Shown one piece after another: positions 14,830 to 30,600 of a DNA stretch of 64,000 nt. Source of the stretch: Eledone cirrhosa. Taxonomy: Eukaryota. Under the pieces are notes generated by a model. That model had not been told where the DNA came from and searched no databases. It worked only from the letters and a program-made list of their open reading frames with translations. The first letter of the stretch is position 1, and each line of letters begins with the position of its first letter. The stretch covers positions 369,396,001-369,460,000 of the forward strand of contig OZ024742.1 of NCBI GenBank assembly GCA_964016885.1, read 5' to 3'. Made by a program: the position numbers and the translations under genes.

Positions 14830-16330
14830 GATCACCATATTATATCTGTTGGCCAGTGATGTCTGGTCTATATACAGTGTTATGAGCAACTGTACAGATG
14901 TCATGTTCAAATGTTGTATGATCACCATATTATATCTGTTGGCCAGTGATGTCTGGTCTATATACAGTGTTATGAGCAACTGTACAGATGTCATGTTCAA
15001 ATGTTGTATGATCACCATATTATATCTGTTGGCCAGTGATGTCTGGTCTATATACAGTGTTATGAGCAACTCTAAAGATGTCATGTTCAAATGTTGTATG
15101 ATCACCATATTATATCTGTTGGCCAGTGATGTCTGGTCTATATACAGTGTTATGAGCAACTCTACAGATGTCATGTTCAAATGTTGTATGATCACCATAT
15201 TATATCTGTTAGCCAGTGATATCTGGTCTATATACAGTGTTATGAGCAACTGTACAGATGTCATGTTCAAATGTGTATGATCGCAATATTATATCTGTTG
15301 GCCAGTGATGTCTGGTCTATATAGAGTGTTATGAGCAACTCTACAGATCTCATGTTCAAATGTTGTATGATCACCATATTATATCTGTTGGCCAGTGATA
15401 TCTGGTCTATATACAGTGTTATGAGCAACTCTACAGATCTCTTGTTCAAATGTTGTATGATCACCATATTATATCTGTTGGCCAGTGATGTCTGGTCTAT
15501 ATACAGTGTTATGAACAACTGTACAGATCTCATGTTCAAATGTTGTATGATCACCATATTATATCTGTTGGCCAGTGATGTCTGGTCTATATACAGTGTT
15601 ATGAGCAACTGTACAGATGTCATGTTCAAATGTTGTATGATCACCATATTATATCTGTTGGCCAGTGATGTCTGGTCTATATACAGTGTTATGAGCAACT
15701 GTACAGATGTCATGTTCAAATGTTGTATGATCACCATATTATATCTGTTGGCCAGTGATGTCTGGTCTATATACAGTGTTATGAGCAACTCTAAAGATGT
15801 CATGTTCAAATGTTGTATGATCACCATATTATATCTGTTGGCCAGTGATGTCTGGTCTATATACAGTGTTATGAGCAACTCTACAGATGTCATGTTCAAA
15901 TGTTGTATGATCACCATATTATATCTGTTAGCCAGTGATATCTGGTCTATATACAGTGTTATGAGCAACTGTACAGATGTCATGTTCAAATGTGTATGAT
16001 CGCAATATTATATCTGTTGGCCAGTGATGTCTGGTCTATATAGAGTGTTATGAGCAACTCTACAGATCTCATGTTCAAATGTTGTATGATCACCATATTA
16101 TATCTGTTGGCCAGTGATATCTGGTCTATATACAGTGTTATGAGCAACTCTACAGATCTCTTGTTCAAATGTTGTATGATCACCATATTATATCTGTTGG
16201 CCAGTGATGTCTGGTCTATATACAGTGTTATGAACAACTGTACAGATCTCATGTTCAAATGTTGTATGATCACCATATTATATCTGTTGGCCAGTGATGT
16301 CTGGTCTATATACAGTGTTATGAGCAACTG
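14830..16330. repeat. Tandem 8-mer (719-bp) duplication
   Basis: T-deletion monomers (AAATGTGTATGATCGCAAT) at about 15274 and 15993. ORF ends 15280/15999 and starts 15331/16050 are 719 apart. Ends approximate. Confidence 0.88.
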
Positions 16331-19300
16331 TACAGATCTCATGTTCAAATGTTGTATGATCACCATATTATATCTGTTGGCCAGTGATGTCTGGTCTATA
16401 TAAAGTGTTATGAGCAACTGTACAGATGTCATGTTCAAATGTTGTATGATCACCATATCATATCTGTTGGCCAGTGATGTCTGGTCTATATACAGTGATA
16501 TGAGCAACTGTACAGATGTCATGTTTAAATGTTGTATGATCACCATATTATGTCTGTTGGCCAGTGATGTCTGGTCTATATACAGTGTTATGAGCAACTG
16601 TACAGATGTCATGTTCAAATGATGTATGATCGCAATATTATATCTGTTGGCCAGTGATGTCTGGTCTATATACAGTGATATGAGCAACTCTACAGATGTC
16701 ATGTTCAAATGTTGTATGATCACCATATTATATCTGTTGGCCAGTGATGTCTGGTCTATATACAGTGTTATGAGCAACTGTACAGATGTCATGTTCAGAT
16801 GTTGTATGATCACCATATTATATCTGTTGGCCAGTGATGTCTGGTCTATATACAGTGTTATGAGCAACTGTACAGATGTCATGTTCAGATGTTGTATGAT
16901 CACCATATTATATCTGTTGGCCAGTGATGTCTGGTCTATATACAGTGTTATGAGCAACTCTAAAGATCTCATGTTCAAATGTTATATGATCACCATATTA
17001 TATCTGTTGGCCAGTGATGTCTGGTCTATATACAGTGTTATGAGCAACTCTACAGATGTCATGTTCAAATGTTGTATGATCACCATATTATATCTGTTGG
17101 CCAGTGATGTCTGGTCTATATACAGTGTTATGAGCAACTCTAAAGATCTCATGTTCAAATGTTATATGAACACCATATTATATCTGTTGGCCAGTGATGT
17201 CTGGTCTATATACAGTGTTATGAGCAACTCTACAGATGTCATGTTCAAATGTTGTATGATCACCATATTATATCTGTTGGCCAGTGATGTCTGGTCTATA
17301 TACAGTGATATGAGCAACTCTACAGATCTCATGTTCAAATGTTGTATGATCACCATATTATATCTGTTGGCCAGTGATGTCTGGTCTATATACAGTGATA
17401 TGAGCAACTCTACAGATGTCATGTTCAAATGTTGTATGATCACCATATTATATCTGTTGACCAGTGATGTCTGGTCTATATACAGTGTTATGAGCAACTG
17501 TACAGATGTCATGTTCAAATGTTGTATGATCACCATATTATATCTGTTGACCAGTGATGTCTGGTCTATATACAGTGATATGAGCAACTCTACAGATGTC
17601 ATGTTCAAATGTTGTATGATCACCATATTATATCTGTTGGTCTGTGATGTCTGGTCTATATACAGTGTTATGAGCAACTCTACACATGTCATGTTCAAAT
17701 GTTGTATGATCACCATATTATATCTGTTGGCCAGTGATGTCTGGTCTATATACAGTGTTATGAGCAACTCTACACATGTCATGTTCAAATGTTGTATGAT
17801 CACCATATTATATCTGTTGGCCAGTGATGTCTGGTCTATATACAGTGATATGAGCAACTCTACAGATGTCATGTTCAAATGTTTCATGATCACCATATTA
17901 TATCTGTTGGCCAGTGATGTCTGGTCTATATACAGTGCTATGAGCAACTGTACAGATGTCATGTTCAAATGTTGTATGATCACCATATTATATCTGTTGG
18001 CCAGTGCTGTCTGGTCTATATACAGTGTTATGAGCAACTCTACAGATCGCATGTTCAAATGTTGTATGATCACCATATTATATCTGTTGGCCAGTGATGT
18101 CTGGTCTATATACAGTGTTATGAGCAACTGTACAGATGTCATGTTCAAATGTTGTATGATCACCATATTATATCTGTTGGCCAGTGATGTCTGGTCTATA
18201 TACAGTGTTATGAGCAACTCTACAGATCGCATATTCAAATGTTGTATGATCACCATATTATATCTGTTGGCCAGTGATGTCTGGTCTATATACAGTGTTA
18301 TGAGCAGCTGTACAGATGTCATGTTCAAATGTTGTATGATCACCATATTATATCTGTTGGCCAGTGATGTCTGGTCTATATACAGTGTTATGAGCAACTC
18401 TACAGATCTCTTGTTCAAATGTTGTATGATCACCATATTATATCTGTTGGCCAGTGATGTCTGGTCTATATACAGTGACATGAGCAACTGTACAGATGTC
18501 ATGTTCAAATGTTGTATGATCACCATATTATATCCGTTGGCCAGTGATGTCTGGTCTATATACAGTGATATGAGCAACTCTACAGATGTCATGTTCAAAT
18601 GTTGTATGATCACCATATTATATCTGTTGGCCAGTGATGTCTGGTCTACATACAGTGTTATGAGCAACTCTACAGATGTCATGTACAAATGTTGTATGAT
18701 CACCATATTATATCTGTTGGCCAGTGATGTCTGGTCTATATACAGTGATATGAGCAACTCTACAGATGTCATGTTCAAATGTTGTATGATCACCATATTA
18801 TATCTGTTGGCCAGTGATGTCTGGTCTATATACAGTGTTATGAGCAACTCTAAAGATCTCATGTTCAAATGTTATATGATCACCATATTATATCTGTTGG
18901 CCAGTGATGTCTGGTCTATATACAGTGTTATGAGCAACTCTACAGATGTCATGTTCAAATGTTGTATGATCACCATATTATATCTGTTGGCCAGTGATGT
19001 CTGGTCTATATACAGTGTTATGAGCAACTGTACAGATCTCATGTTCAAATGTTGTATGATCACCATATTATATCTGTTGGCCAGTGATGTCTGGTCTATA
19101 TACAGTGTTATGAGCAACTCTACAGATCTCATGTTCAAATGTTGTATGATCACCATATTATATCTGATGGCCAGTGATGCCTGGTCTATATACAGTGTAA
19201 TGAGCAACTCTACAGATGTCATGTTCAAATGTTGTATGATCACCATATTATATCTGTTGGCCAGTGATGTCTGGTCTATATACAGTGTTATAAGCAACTC

Positions 19301-22300
19301 TACAGATCTCATGTTCAAATGTTGTATGATCACCATATTATATCTGTTGGCCAGTGATGCCTGGTCTATATACAGTGTTATGAGCAACTCTACAGATGTC
19401 ATGTTCAAATGTAGTATGATCACCATATTATATCTGTTGGCCAGTGATGTCTGGTCTATATACAGTGTTATGAGCAACTCTACAGATCTCATGTTCAAAT
19501 GTTGTATGATCACCATATTATATCTGTTGGCCAGTGATGTCTGGTCTATATACAGTGTTATGAGCAACTCTACAGATCTCTTGTTCAAATGTTGTATGAT
19601 CACCATATTATATCTGTTGGCCAGTGATGTCTGGCCTATATACAGTGTTATGAGCAACTCTACAGATCGCATGTTCAAATGTTGTATGATCACCATATTA
19701 TATCTGTTGGCCACTGATGTCTGGTCTATATACAGTGTTATGAGCAACTGTACAGATGTCATGTTCAAATGTTGTATGATCACCATATTATATCTGTTGG
19801 CCAGTGATGTCTGGTCTATATACAGTGTTATGGGCAACTCTACAGATCTCTTGTTCAAATGTTGTATGATCACCATATTATATCTGTTGGCCAGTGATGT
19901 CTGGTCTATATACAGTGACATGAGCAACTGTACAGATGTCATGTTCAAATGTTGTATGATCACCATATTATATCTGTTGGCCAGTGATGTCTGGTCTACA
20001 TACAGTGTTATGAGCAACTCTACAGATGTCATGTTCAAATGTTGTATGATCACCATATTATATCTGTTGGCCAGTGATGTCTGGTCTATATACAGTGACA
20101 TGAGCAACTGTACAGATGTCATGTTCAAATGTTGTATGATCACCATATTATATCTGTTGGCCAGTGATGTCTGGTCTATATACAGTGACATGAGCAACTG
20201 TACAGATGTCATGTTCAAATGTTGTATGATCACCATATTATATCTGTTGGCCAGTGATGTCTGGTCTATATACAGTGTTATGAGCAACTGTACAGATCGC
20301 ATGTTCAAATGTTGTATGATCACCATATTATATCTGTTGGCCAGTGATGTCTGGTCTATATACAGTGTTATGGGCAACTCTACAGATCTCTTGTTCAAAT
20401 GTTGTATGATCACCATATTATATCTGTTGGCCAGTGATGTCTGGTCTATATACAGTGACATGAGCAACTGTACAGATGTCATGTTCAAATGTTGTATGAT
20501 CACCATATTATATCTGTTGGCCAGTGATGTCTGGTCTATATACAGTGATATGGGCAACTCTACAGATGTCATGTTCAAATGTTGTATGATCACCATATTA
20601 TATCTGTTGGCCAGTGATGTCTGGTCTACATACAGTGTTATGAGCAACTCTACAGATGTCATGTACAAATGTTGTATGATCACCATATTATATCTGTTGG
20701 CCAGTGATATCTGGTCTATATACAGTGTTATGAGCAGCTGTACAGATGTCATGTTCAAATGGTGTATGATCACCATATTATATCTGTTGGCCAGTGATGT
20801 CTGGTCTATATACAGTGTTATGAGCAACTCTACAGATCTCTTGTTCAAATGTTGTATGATCACCATATTATATCTGTTGGCCAGTGATGTTTGGTCTATA
20901 CACAGTGTTATGAGCAACTCTACAGATCTCATGTTCAAATGTTGTATGATCACCATATTATATCTGTTGGCCAGTGATGTCTGGTCTATATACAGTGTTA
21001 TGAGCAACTGTACAGATCTCATGTTCAAAATTTGTATGATCACCATATTATATCTGTTGGCCAGTGATGTCTGGTCTATATACAGTGATATGAGCAACTC
21101 TACAGATGTCATGTTCAAATGTTGTATGATCACCATATTATATCTGTTGGCCAGTGATGTCTGGTCTATATACAGTGTTATGAGCAACTCTACAGATGTC
21201 ATGTTCAAATGTTGTATGATCACCATATTATATCTGTTGACCAGTGATGTCTGGTCTATATACAGTGATATGAGCAACTGTACAGATCTCATGTTCAAAT
21301 GTTGTATGATCACCATATTATATCTGTTGGCCAGTGATGTCTGGTCTATATACAGTGTTATGAGCAACTGTACAGATCTCATGTTCAAATGTTGTATGAT
21401 CACCATATTATATCTGTTGGCCAGTGATGTCTGGTCTATATACAGTGTTATGAGCAACTCTACAGATCTCATGTTCAAATGTTGTATGATCACCATATTA
21501 TATCTGTTGGCCAGTGATGCCTGGTCTATATACAGTGTAATGAGCAACTCTACAGATGTCATGTTCAAATGTTGTATGATCACCATATTATATCTGTTGG
21601 CCAGTGATGTCTGGTCTATATACAGTGTTATGAGCAACTCTACAGATCTCATGTTCAAATGTTGTATGATCACCATATTATATCTGTTGGCCAGTGATGC
21701 CTGGTCTATATACAGTGTTATGAGCAACTCTACAGATGTCATGTTCAAATGTTGTATGATCACCATATTATATCTGTTGGCCAGTGATGTCTGGTCTATA
21801 TACAGTGTTATGAGCAACTCTACAGATCTCTTGTTCAAATGTTGTATGATCACCATATTATATCTGTTGGCCAGTGATGTCTGGTCTATATACAGTGACA
21901 TGAGCAACTGTACAGATGTCATGTTCAAATGTTGTATGATCACCATATTATATCTGTTGGCCAGTGATGTCTGGTCTATATACAGTGATATGAGCAACTC
22001 TACAGATGTCATGTTCAAATGTTGAATGATCACCATATTATATCTGTTGGCCAGTGATGTCTGGTCTACATACAGTGTTATGAGCAACTCTACAGATGTC
22101 ATGTTCAAATGTTGTATGATCACCATATTATATCTGTTGGCCAGTGATGTCTGGTCTCTATAGAGTGTTATGAGCAACTGTACAGATGTCATGTTCAAAT
22201 GGTGTATGATCACCATATTATATCTGTTGGCCAGTGATGTCTGGTCTATATACAGTGTTATGAGCAACTCTACACATGTCATGTTCAAATGTTGTATGAT

Positions 22301-25300
22301 CACCATATTATATCTGTTGGCCAGTGATGTCTGGTCTATATACAGTGTTATGAGCAACTCTAAAGATCTCATGTTCAAATGTTATATGATCACCATATTA
22401 TATCTGTTGGCCAGTGATGTCTGGTCTATATACAGTGTTATGAGCAACTCTACAGATGTCATGTTCAAATGTTGTATGATCACCATATTATATCTGTTGG
22501 CCAGTGGTGTCTGGTCTATATACAGTGATATGAGCAACTCTACAGATGTCATGTTCAAATGTTGTATGATCACCATATTATATCTGTTGGCCAGTGATGT
22601 CTGGTCTATATACAGTGATATGAGCAACTGTACAGATCTCATGTTCAAATGTTGTATGATCACCATATTATATCTGTTGGCCAGTGATGTCTGGTCTATA
22701 TACAGTGATATGAGCAACTGTACAGATCTCATGTTCAAATGTTATATGATCACCATATTATATCTGTTGGCCAGTGATGTCTGGTCTATATACAGTGTTA
22801 TGAGCAACTCTACAGATCGCATGTTCAAATGTTGTATGATCACCATATTATATCTGTTGGCCAGTGATGTCTGGTCTATATACAGTGATATGAGCAACTC
22901 TACAGATGTCATGTTCAAATGTTGTATGATCACCATATTATATCCGTTGGCCAGTGATGTCTGGTCTATATACAGTGTTATGAGCAACTGTACAGATCTC
23001 ATGTTCAAATGTTGTATGATCACCATATTATATCTGTTGGCCAGTGATGTCTGGTCTATATACAGTGTTATGAGCAACTCTACAGATCGCATGTTCAAAT
23101 GTTGTATGATCACCATATTATATCTGTTGGCCAGTGATGTCTGGTCTATATACAGTGTTATGAGCAACTCTACAGATCGCATGTTCAAATGTTGTATGAT
23201 CACCATATTATATCTTTTGGCCACTGATGTCTGGTCTATATACAGTGTTATGAGCAACTGTACAGATGTCATGTTCAAATGTTGTATGATCACCATATTA
23301 TATCTGTTGGCCAGTGATGTCTGGTCTATATACAGTGTTATGGGCAACTCTACAGATCTCTTGTTCAAATGTTGTATGATCACCATATTATATCTGTTGG
23401 CCAGTGATGTCTGGTCTATATACAGTGACATGAGCAACTGTACAGATGTCATGTTCAAATGTTGTATGATCACCATATTATATCTGTTGGCCAGTGATGT
23501 CTGGTCTATATACAGTGACATGAGCAACTGTACAGATGTCATGTTCAAATGTTGTATGATCACCATATTATATCTGTTGGCCAGTGATGTCTGGTCTATA
23601 TACAGTGTTATGAGCAACTGTACAGATCGCATGTTCAAATGTTGTATGATCACCATATTATATCTGTTGGCCAGTGATGTCTGGTCTATATACAGTGTTA
23701 TGGGCAACTCTACAGATCTCTTGTTCAAATGTTGTATGATCACCATATTATATCTGTTGGCCAGTGATGTCTGGTCTATATACAGTGACATGAGCAACTG
23801 TACAGATGTCATGTTCAAATGTTGTATGATCACCATATTATATCTGTTGGCCAGTGATGTCTGGTCTATATACAGTGATATGGGCAACTCTACAGATGTC
23901 ATGTTCAAATGTTGTATGATCACCATATTATATCTGTTGGCCAGTGATGTCTGGTCTACATACAGTGTTATGAGCAACTCTACAGATGTCATGTACAAAT
24001 GTTGTATGATCATCATATTATATCTGTTGGCCAGTGATATCTGGTCTATATACAGTGTTATGAGCAACTCTACAGATCTCATGTTCAAATGTTGTATGAT
24101 CACCATATTATATCTGTTGGCCAGTGATGTCTGGTCTATATACAGTGTTATGAGCAACTGTACAGATCTCATGTTCAAAATTTGTATGATCACCATATTA
24201 TATCTGTTGGCCAGTGATGTCTGGTCTATATACAGTGATATGAGCAACTCTACAGATGTCATGTTCAAATGTTGTATGATCACCATATTATATCTGTTGG
24301 CCAGTGATGTCTGGTCTATATACAGTGTTATGAGCAACTCTACAGATGTCATGTTCAAATGTTGTATGATCACCATATTATATCTGTTGACCAGTGATGT
24401 CTGGTCTATATACAGTGATATGAGCAACTGTACAGATCTCATGTTCAAATGTTGTATAATCACCATATTATATCTGTTGGCCAGTGATGTCTGGTCTATA
24501 TACAGTGTTATGAGCAACTGTACAGATCTCATGTTCAAATGTTGTATGATCACCATATTATATCTGTTGGCCAGTGATGTCTGGTCTATATACAGTGTTA
24601 TGAGCAACTCTACAGATCTCATGTTCAAATGTTGTATGATCACCATATTATATCTGTTGGCCAGTGATGCCTGGTCTATATACAGTGTAATGAGCAACTC
24701 TACAGATGTCATGTTCAAATGTTGTATGATCACCATATTATATCTGTTGGCCAGTATGTCTGGTCTATATACAGTGTTATGAGCAACTCTACAGATCTCA
24801 TGTTCAAATGTTGTATGAAAACCATATTATATCTGTTGGCCAGTGATGTCTGGTCTATATACAGTGTTATGAGCAACTCTACAGATCTCATGTTCAAATG
24901 TTGTATGATCACCATATTATATCTGTTGGCCAGTGATGCCTGGTCTATATACAGTGTAATGAGCAACTCTACAGATGTCATGTTCAAATGTTGTATGATC
25001 ACCATATTATATCTGTTGGCCAGTGATGTCTGGTCTATATACAGTGTTATGAGCAACTCTACAGATCTCTTGTTCAAATGTTGTATGATCACCATATTAT
25101 ATCTGTTGGCCAGTGATGTCTGGTCTATATACAGTGACATGAGCAACTGTACAGATGTCATGTTCAAATGTTGTATGATCACCATATTATATCTGTTGGC
25201 CAGTGATGTCTGGTCTATATACAGTGATATGAGCAACTCTACAGATGTCATGTTCAAATGTTGAATGATCACCATATTATATCTGTTGGCCAGTGATGTC

Positions 25301-25552
25301 TGGTCTACATACAGTGTTATGAGCAACTCTACAGATGTCATGTTCAAATGTTGTATGATCACCATATTATATCTGTTGGCCAGTGATGTCTGGTCTATAT
25401 AGAGTGTTATGAGCAACTGTACAGATGTCATGTTCAAATGGTGTATGATCACCATATTATATCTGTTGGCCAGTGATGTCTGGTCTATATACAGTGTTAT
25501 GAGCAACTCTACACATGTCATGTTCAAATGTTGTATGATCACCATATTATAT

Positions 25553-27660
25553 CTGTTGGCCAGTGATGTCTGGTCTATATACAGTGTTATGAGCAACTCT
25601 AAAGACCTCATGTTCAAATGTTATATGATCACCATATTATATCTGTTGGCCAGTGATGTCTGGTCTATATACAGTGTTATGAGCAACTGTACAGATGTCA
25701 TGTTCAAATGTTGTATGATCACCATATTATATCTGTTGGCCAGTATGTCTGGTCTATATACAGTGTTATGAGCAACTCTACAGATCTCATGTTCAAATGT
25801 TGTATGAAAACCATATTATATCTGTTGGCCAGTGATGTCTGGTCTATATACAGTGTTATGAGCAACTGTACAAATGTCATGTTCAAATGTTGTATGATCA
25901 CCATATTATATCTCTTGGCCAGTGATGTTTGGTCTATATACAGTGTTATTAGCAACTGTACAGATGTCATGTTCAAATGTTGTATGATCACCATATTATA
26001 TCTGTTGGCCAGTGATGTCTGGTCTATATACAGTGTTATGAGCAACTCTACAGATCGCATGTTCAAATGTTGTATGATCACCATATTGTATCTGTTGGCC
26101 AGTGATGTCTGGTCTATATACAGTGTTATGAGCAACTCTACAGATCTCTTGTTCAAATCTTGTATGATCACCATATTATATCTGTTGGCCAGTGATGTCT
26201 GGTCTATATACAGTGTTATGAGCAACTGTACATATGTCATGTTCAAATGTTGTATGATCACCATATTATGTCTGTTGGCCAGTGATGTCTGGTCTATATA
26301 CAGTGTTATGAGCAACTCTACAGATGTCATGTTCAAATGTTGTATGATCACCATAATATATATATTGGCCAGTGATGTCTGGTCTATATACAGTGTTATG
26401 AGCAACTCTACAGATCGCATGTTCAAATGTTGTATGATCACCATATTATATCTGTTGGCCAGTGATGTCTGGTCTATATACAGTGTTATGAGCAACTCTA
26501 CATATGTCATGTTCAAATGTTGTATGATCACCATAATATATATATTGGCCAGTGATGTCTGGTCTATATACAGTGTTATGAGCAACTCTACAGATCGCAT
26601 GTTCAAATGTTGTATGATCACCATATTATATCTGTTGGCCAGTGATGTCTGGTCTATATACAGTGTTATGAGCCACTCTACAGATCTCATGTTCAATTGT
26701 TGTATGATCACCATATTATATCTGTTGGCCAGTGATGTCTGGTCTATATACAGTGTTATGAGCAACTGTACAGATGTCATGTTCAAATGTTGTATGATCA
26801 CCATATTATATCTGTTGGCCAGTGATGTCTGGTTTATATACAGTGTTATGAACAACTCTACAGATCTCTTGTTCAAATGTTGTATGATCACCATATTATA
26901 TCTGTTGGCCAGTGATGTCTGGTCTATATACAGTGTTATGAGCAACTGTACAGATGTCATGTTCAAATGTTGTATGATCACCATATTATATCTGTTGGCC
27001 AGTGATGTCTGGTCTATATACAGTGTTATGAGCAACTGTACAGATGTCATGTTCAAATGTTGTATGATCACCATATTATATCTGTTGGCCAGTGATGTCT
27101 GGTCTATATACAGTGTTATGAGCAACTCTAAAGATGTCATGTTCAAATGTTGTATGATCACCATATTATATCTGTTGGCCAGTGATGTCTGGTCTATATA
27201 CAGTGTTATGAGCAACTCTACAGATGTCATGTTCAAATGTTGTATGATCACCATATTATATCTGTTAGCCAGTGATATCTGGTCTATATACAGTGTTATG
27301 AGCAACTGTACAGATGTCATGTTCAAATGTGTATGATCGCAATATTATATCTGTTGGCCATTGATGTCTGGTCTATATAGAGTGTTATGAGCAACTCTAC
27401 AGATCTCATGTTCAAATGTTGTATGATCACCATATTATATCTGTTGGCCAGTGATATCTGGTCTATATACAGTGTTATGAGCAACTCTACAGATCTCTTG
27501 TTCAAATGTTGTATGATCACCATATTATATCTGTTGGCCAGTGATGTCTGGTCTATATACAGTGTTATGAACAACTGTACAGATCTCATGTTCAAATGTT
27601 GTATGATCACCATATTATATCTGTTGGCCAGTGATGTCTGGTCTATATACAGTGTTATGA
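25553..27660. repeat. Dispersed copy of block about 13497-15600 (offset 12056 bp, 134 monomers)
   Basis: ORFs 13652..15280 and 25708..27336 are both 542 aa, nearly identical, and bounded by the same G-deletion and T-deletion monomers. Confidence 0.85.
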
Positions 27661-30600
27661 GCAACTGTACAGATCTCATGTTCAAATGTTGTATGATCAC
27701 CATATTATATCTGTTGGCCAGTGATGTCTGGTCTATATACAGTGTTATGAGCAACTGTACAGATGTCATGTTCAAATGTTGTATGGTCACCATATTATAT
27801 CTGTTGGCCAGTGATGTCTGGTCTATATAAAGTGTTATAAGCAACTGTACAGATGTCATGTTCAAATGTTGTATGATCACCATATCATATCTGTTGGCCA
27901 GTGATGTCTGGTCTATATACAGTGATATGAGCAACTCTACAGATGTCATGTTCAAATGTTGTATGATCACCATATTATATCTGTTGGCCAGTGATGTCTG
28001 GTCTATATACAGTGTTATGAGCAACTGTACAGATGTCATGTTCAGATATGGTATGATCACCATATTATATCTGTTGGCCAGTGATGTCGGGTCTATATAC
28101 AGTGTTATGAGCAACTCTAAAGATGTCATGTTCAAATGTTGTATGATCACCATATTATATCTGTTGGCCAGTGATGTCTGGTCTATATACAGTGTTATGA
28201 GCAACTCTACAGATCTCTTGTTCAAATGTTGTATGATCACCATATTATATCTGTTGGCCAGTGATGTCTGGTCTATATACAGTAATATGAGCAACTCTAC
28301 AGATGTCATGTTCAAATGTTGTATGATCACCATATTATATCTGTTGGCCAGTGATGTCTGGTCTATATACAGTGATATGAGCAACTGTACAGATGTCTTG
28401 TTCAAATGTTGTATGATCACCATATTATATCTGTTGGCCAGTGATGTCTGGTCTATATACAGTGTTATGAGCAACTGTACAGATGTCATGTTCAAATGTT
28501 GTATGATCGCAATATTATATCTGTTGGCCAGTGATGTCTGGTCTATATACAGTGTTATGAGCAACTGTACAGATGTCATGTTCAAATGTTGTATGATCAC
28601 CATATTATATCTGTTGGCCAGTGATGTCTGGTCTATATACAGTAATATGAGCAACTCTACAGATGTCATGTTCAAATGTTGTATGATCACCATATTATAT
28701 CTGTTGGTCAGTGATGTCTGGTCTATATACAGTGATATGAGCAACTGTACAGATGTCTTGTTCAAATGTTGTATGATCACCATATTATATCTGTTGGCCA
28801 GTGATGTCTGGTCTATATACAGTGTTATGAGCAACTGTACAGATGTCATGTTCAAATGTTGTATGATCGCAATATTATATCTGTTGGCCAGTGATGTCTG
28901 GTCTATATACAGTGTTATGAGCAACTGTACTAATGTATTGTTCAAATGTTGTATGATCACCATATTATATCTGTTGGCCAGTGATGTCTGGTCTATATAC
29001 AGTGTTATGAGTAACTCTAAAGATGTCATGTTCAAATGTTGTATGATCACCATATTATATCTGTTGGCCAGTGATGTCTGGTCTATATACAGTGTTATGA
29101 GCAACTATACAGATGTCATGTTCAAATGTTGTATGATCACTATATTATATCTGTTGACCAGTGATGTCTGGTCTATATACAGTGTTATGAGCAACTGTAC
29201 AGATGTCATGTTCAAATGTTGTATGATCACCATATTATATCTGTTGGCCAGTGATATCTGGTCTATATACAGTGATATGAGCAACTCTACAGATCTCATG
29301 TTCAAATGTTGTATGATCACCATATTATATCTGTTGGCCAGTGATGTCTGGTCTATATACAGTGTTATGAGCAACTCTACAGATGTCATGTTCAAATGTT
29401 GTATGATCGCAATATTATATCTGTTGGCCAGTGATGTCTGGTCTATATACAGTGTTATGAGCAACTCTAAAGACCTCATGTTCAAATGTTATATGATCAC
29501 CATATTATATCTGTTGGCCAGTGATGTCTGGTCTATATACAGTGTTATGAGCAACTGTACAGATGTCATGTTCAAATGTTGTATGATCACCATATTATAT
29601 CTGTTGGCCAGTATGTCTGGTCTATATACAGTGTTATGAGCAACTCTACAGATCTCATGTTCAAATGTTGTATGAAAACCATATTATATCTGTTGGCCAG
29701 TGATGTCTGGTCTATATACAGTGTTATGAGCAACTGTACAAATGTCATGTTCAAATGTTGTATGATCACCATATTATATCTCTTGGCCAGTGATGTTTGG
29801 TCTATACACAGTGTTATTAGCAAGTGTACAGATGTCATGTTCAAATGTTGTATGATCACCATATTATATCTGTTGGCCAGTGATGTCTGGTCTATATACA
29901 GTGTTATGAGCAACTCTACAGATCGCATGTTCAAATGTTGTATGATCACCATGTTATATCTGTTGGCCAGTGATGTCTGGTCTATATACAGTGTTATGAG
30001 CAACTCTACAGATCTCTTGTTCAAATCTTGTATGATCACCATATTATATCTGTTGGCCAGTGATGTCTGGTCTATATACAGTGTTATGAGCAACTGTACA
30101 TATGTCATGTTCAAATGTTGTATGATCACCATATTATGTCTGTTGGCCAGTGATGTCTGGTCTATATACAGTGTTATGAGCAACTCTACAGATGTCATGT
30201 TCAAATGTTGTATGATCACCATAATATATATTTTGGCCAGTGATGTCTGGTCTATATACAGTGTTATGAGCAACTCTACAGATCGCATGTTCAAATGTTG
30301 TATGATCACCATATTATATCTGTTGGCCAGTGATGTCTGGTCTATATACAGTGTTATGAGCAACTCTACAGATGTCATGTTCAAATGTTGTATGATCACC
30401 ATAATATATATATTGGCCAGTGATGTCTGGTCTATATACAGTGTTATGAGCAACTCTACAGATCGCATGTTCAAATGTTGTATGATCACCATATTATATC
30501 TGTTGGCCAGTGATGTCTGGTCTATATACAGTGTTATGAGCAACTGTACAGATGTCATGTTCAAATGTTGTATGATCACCATATTATATCTGTTGGCCAG

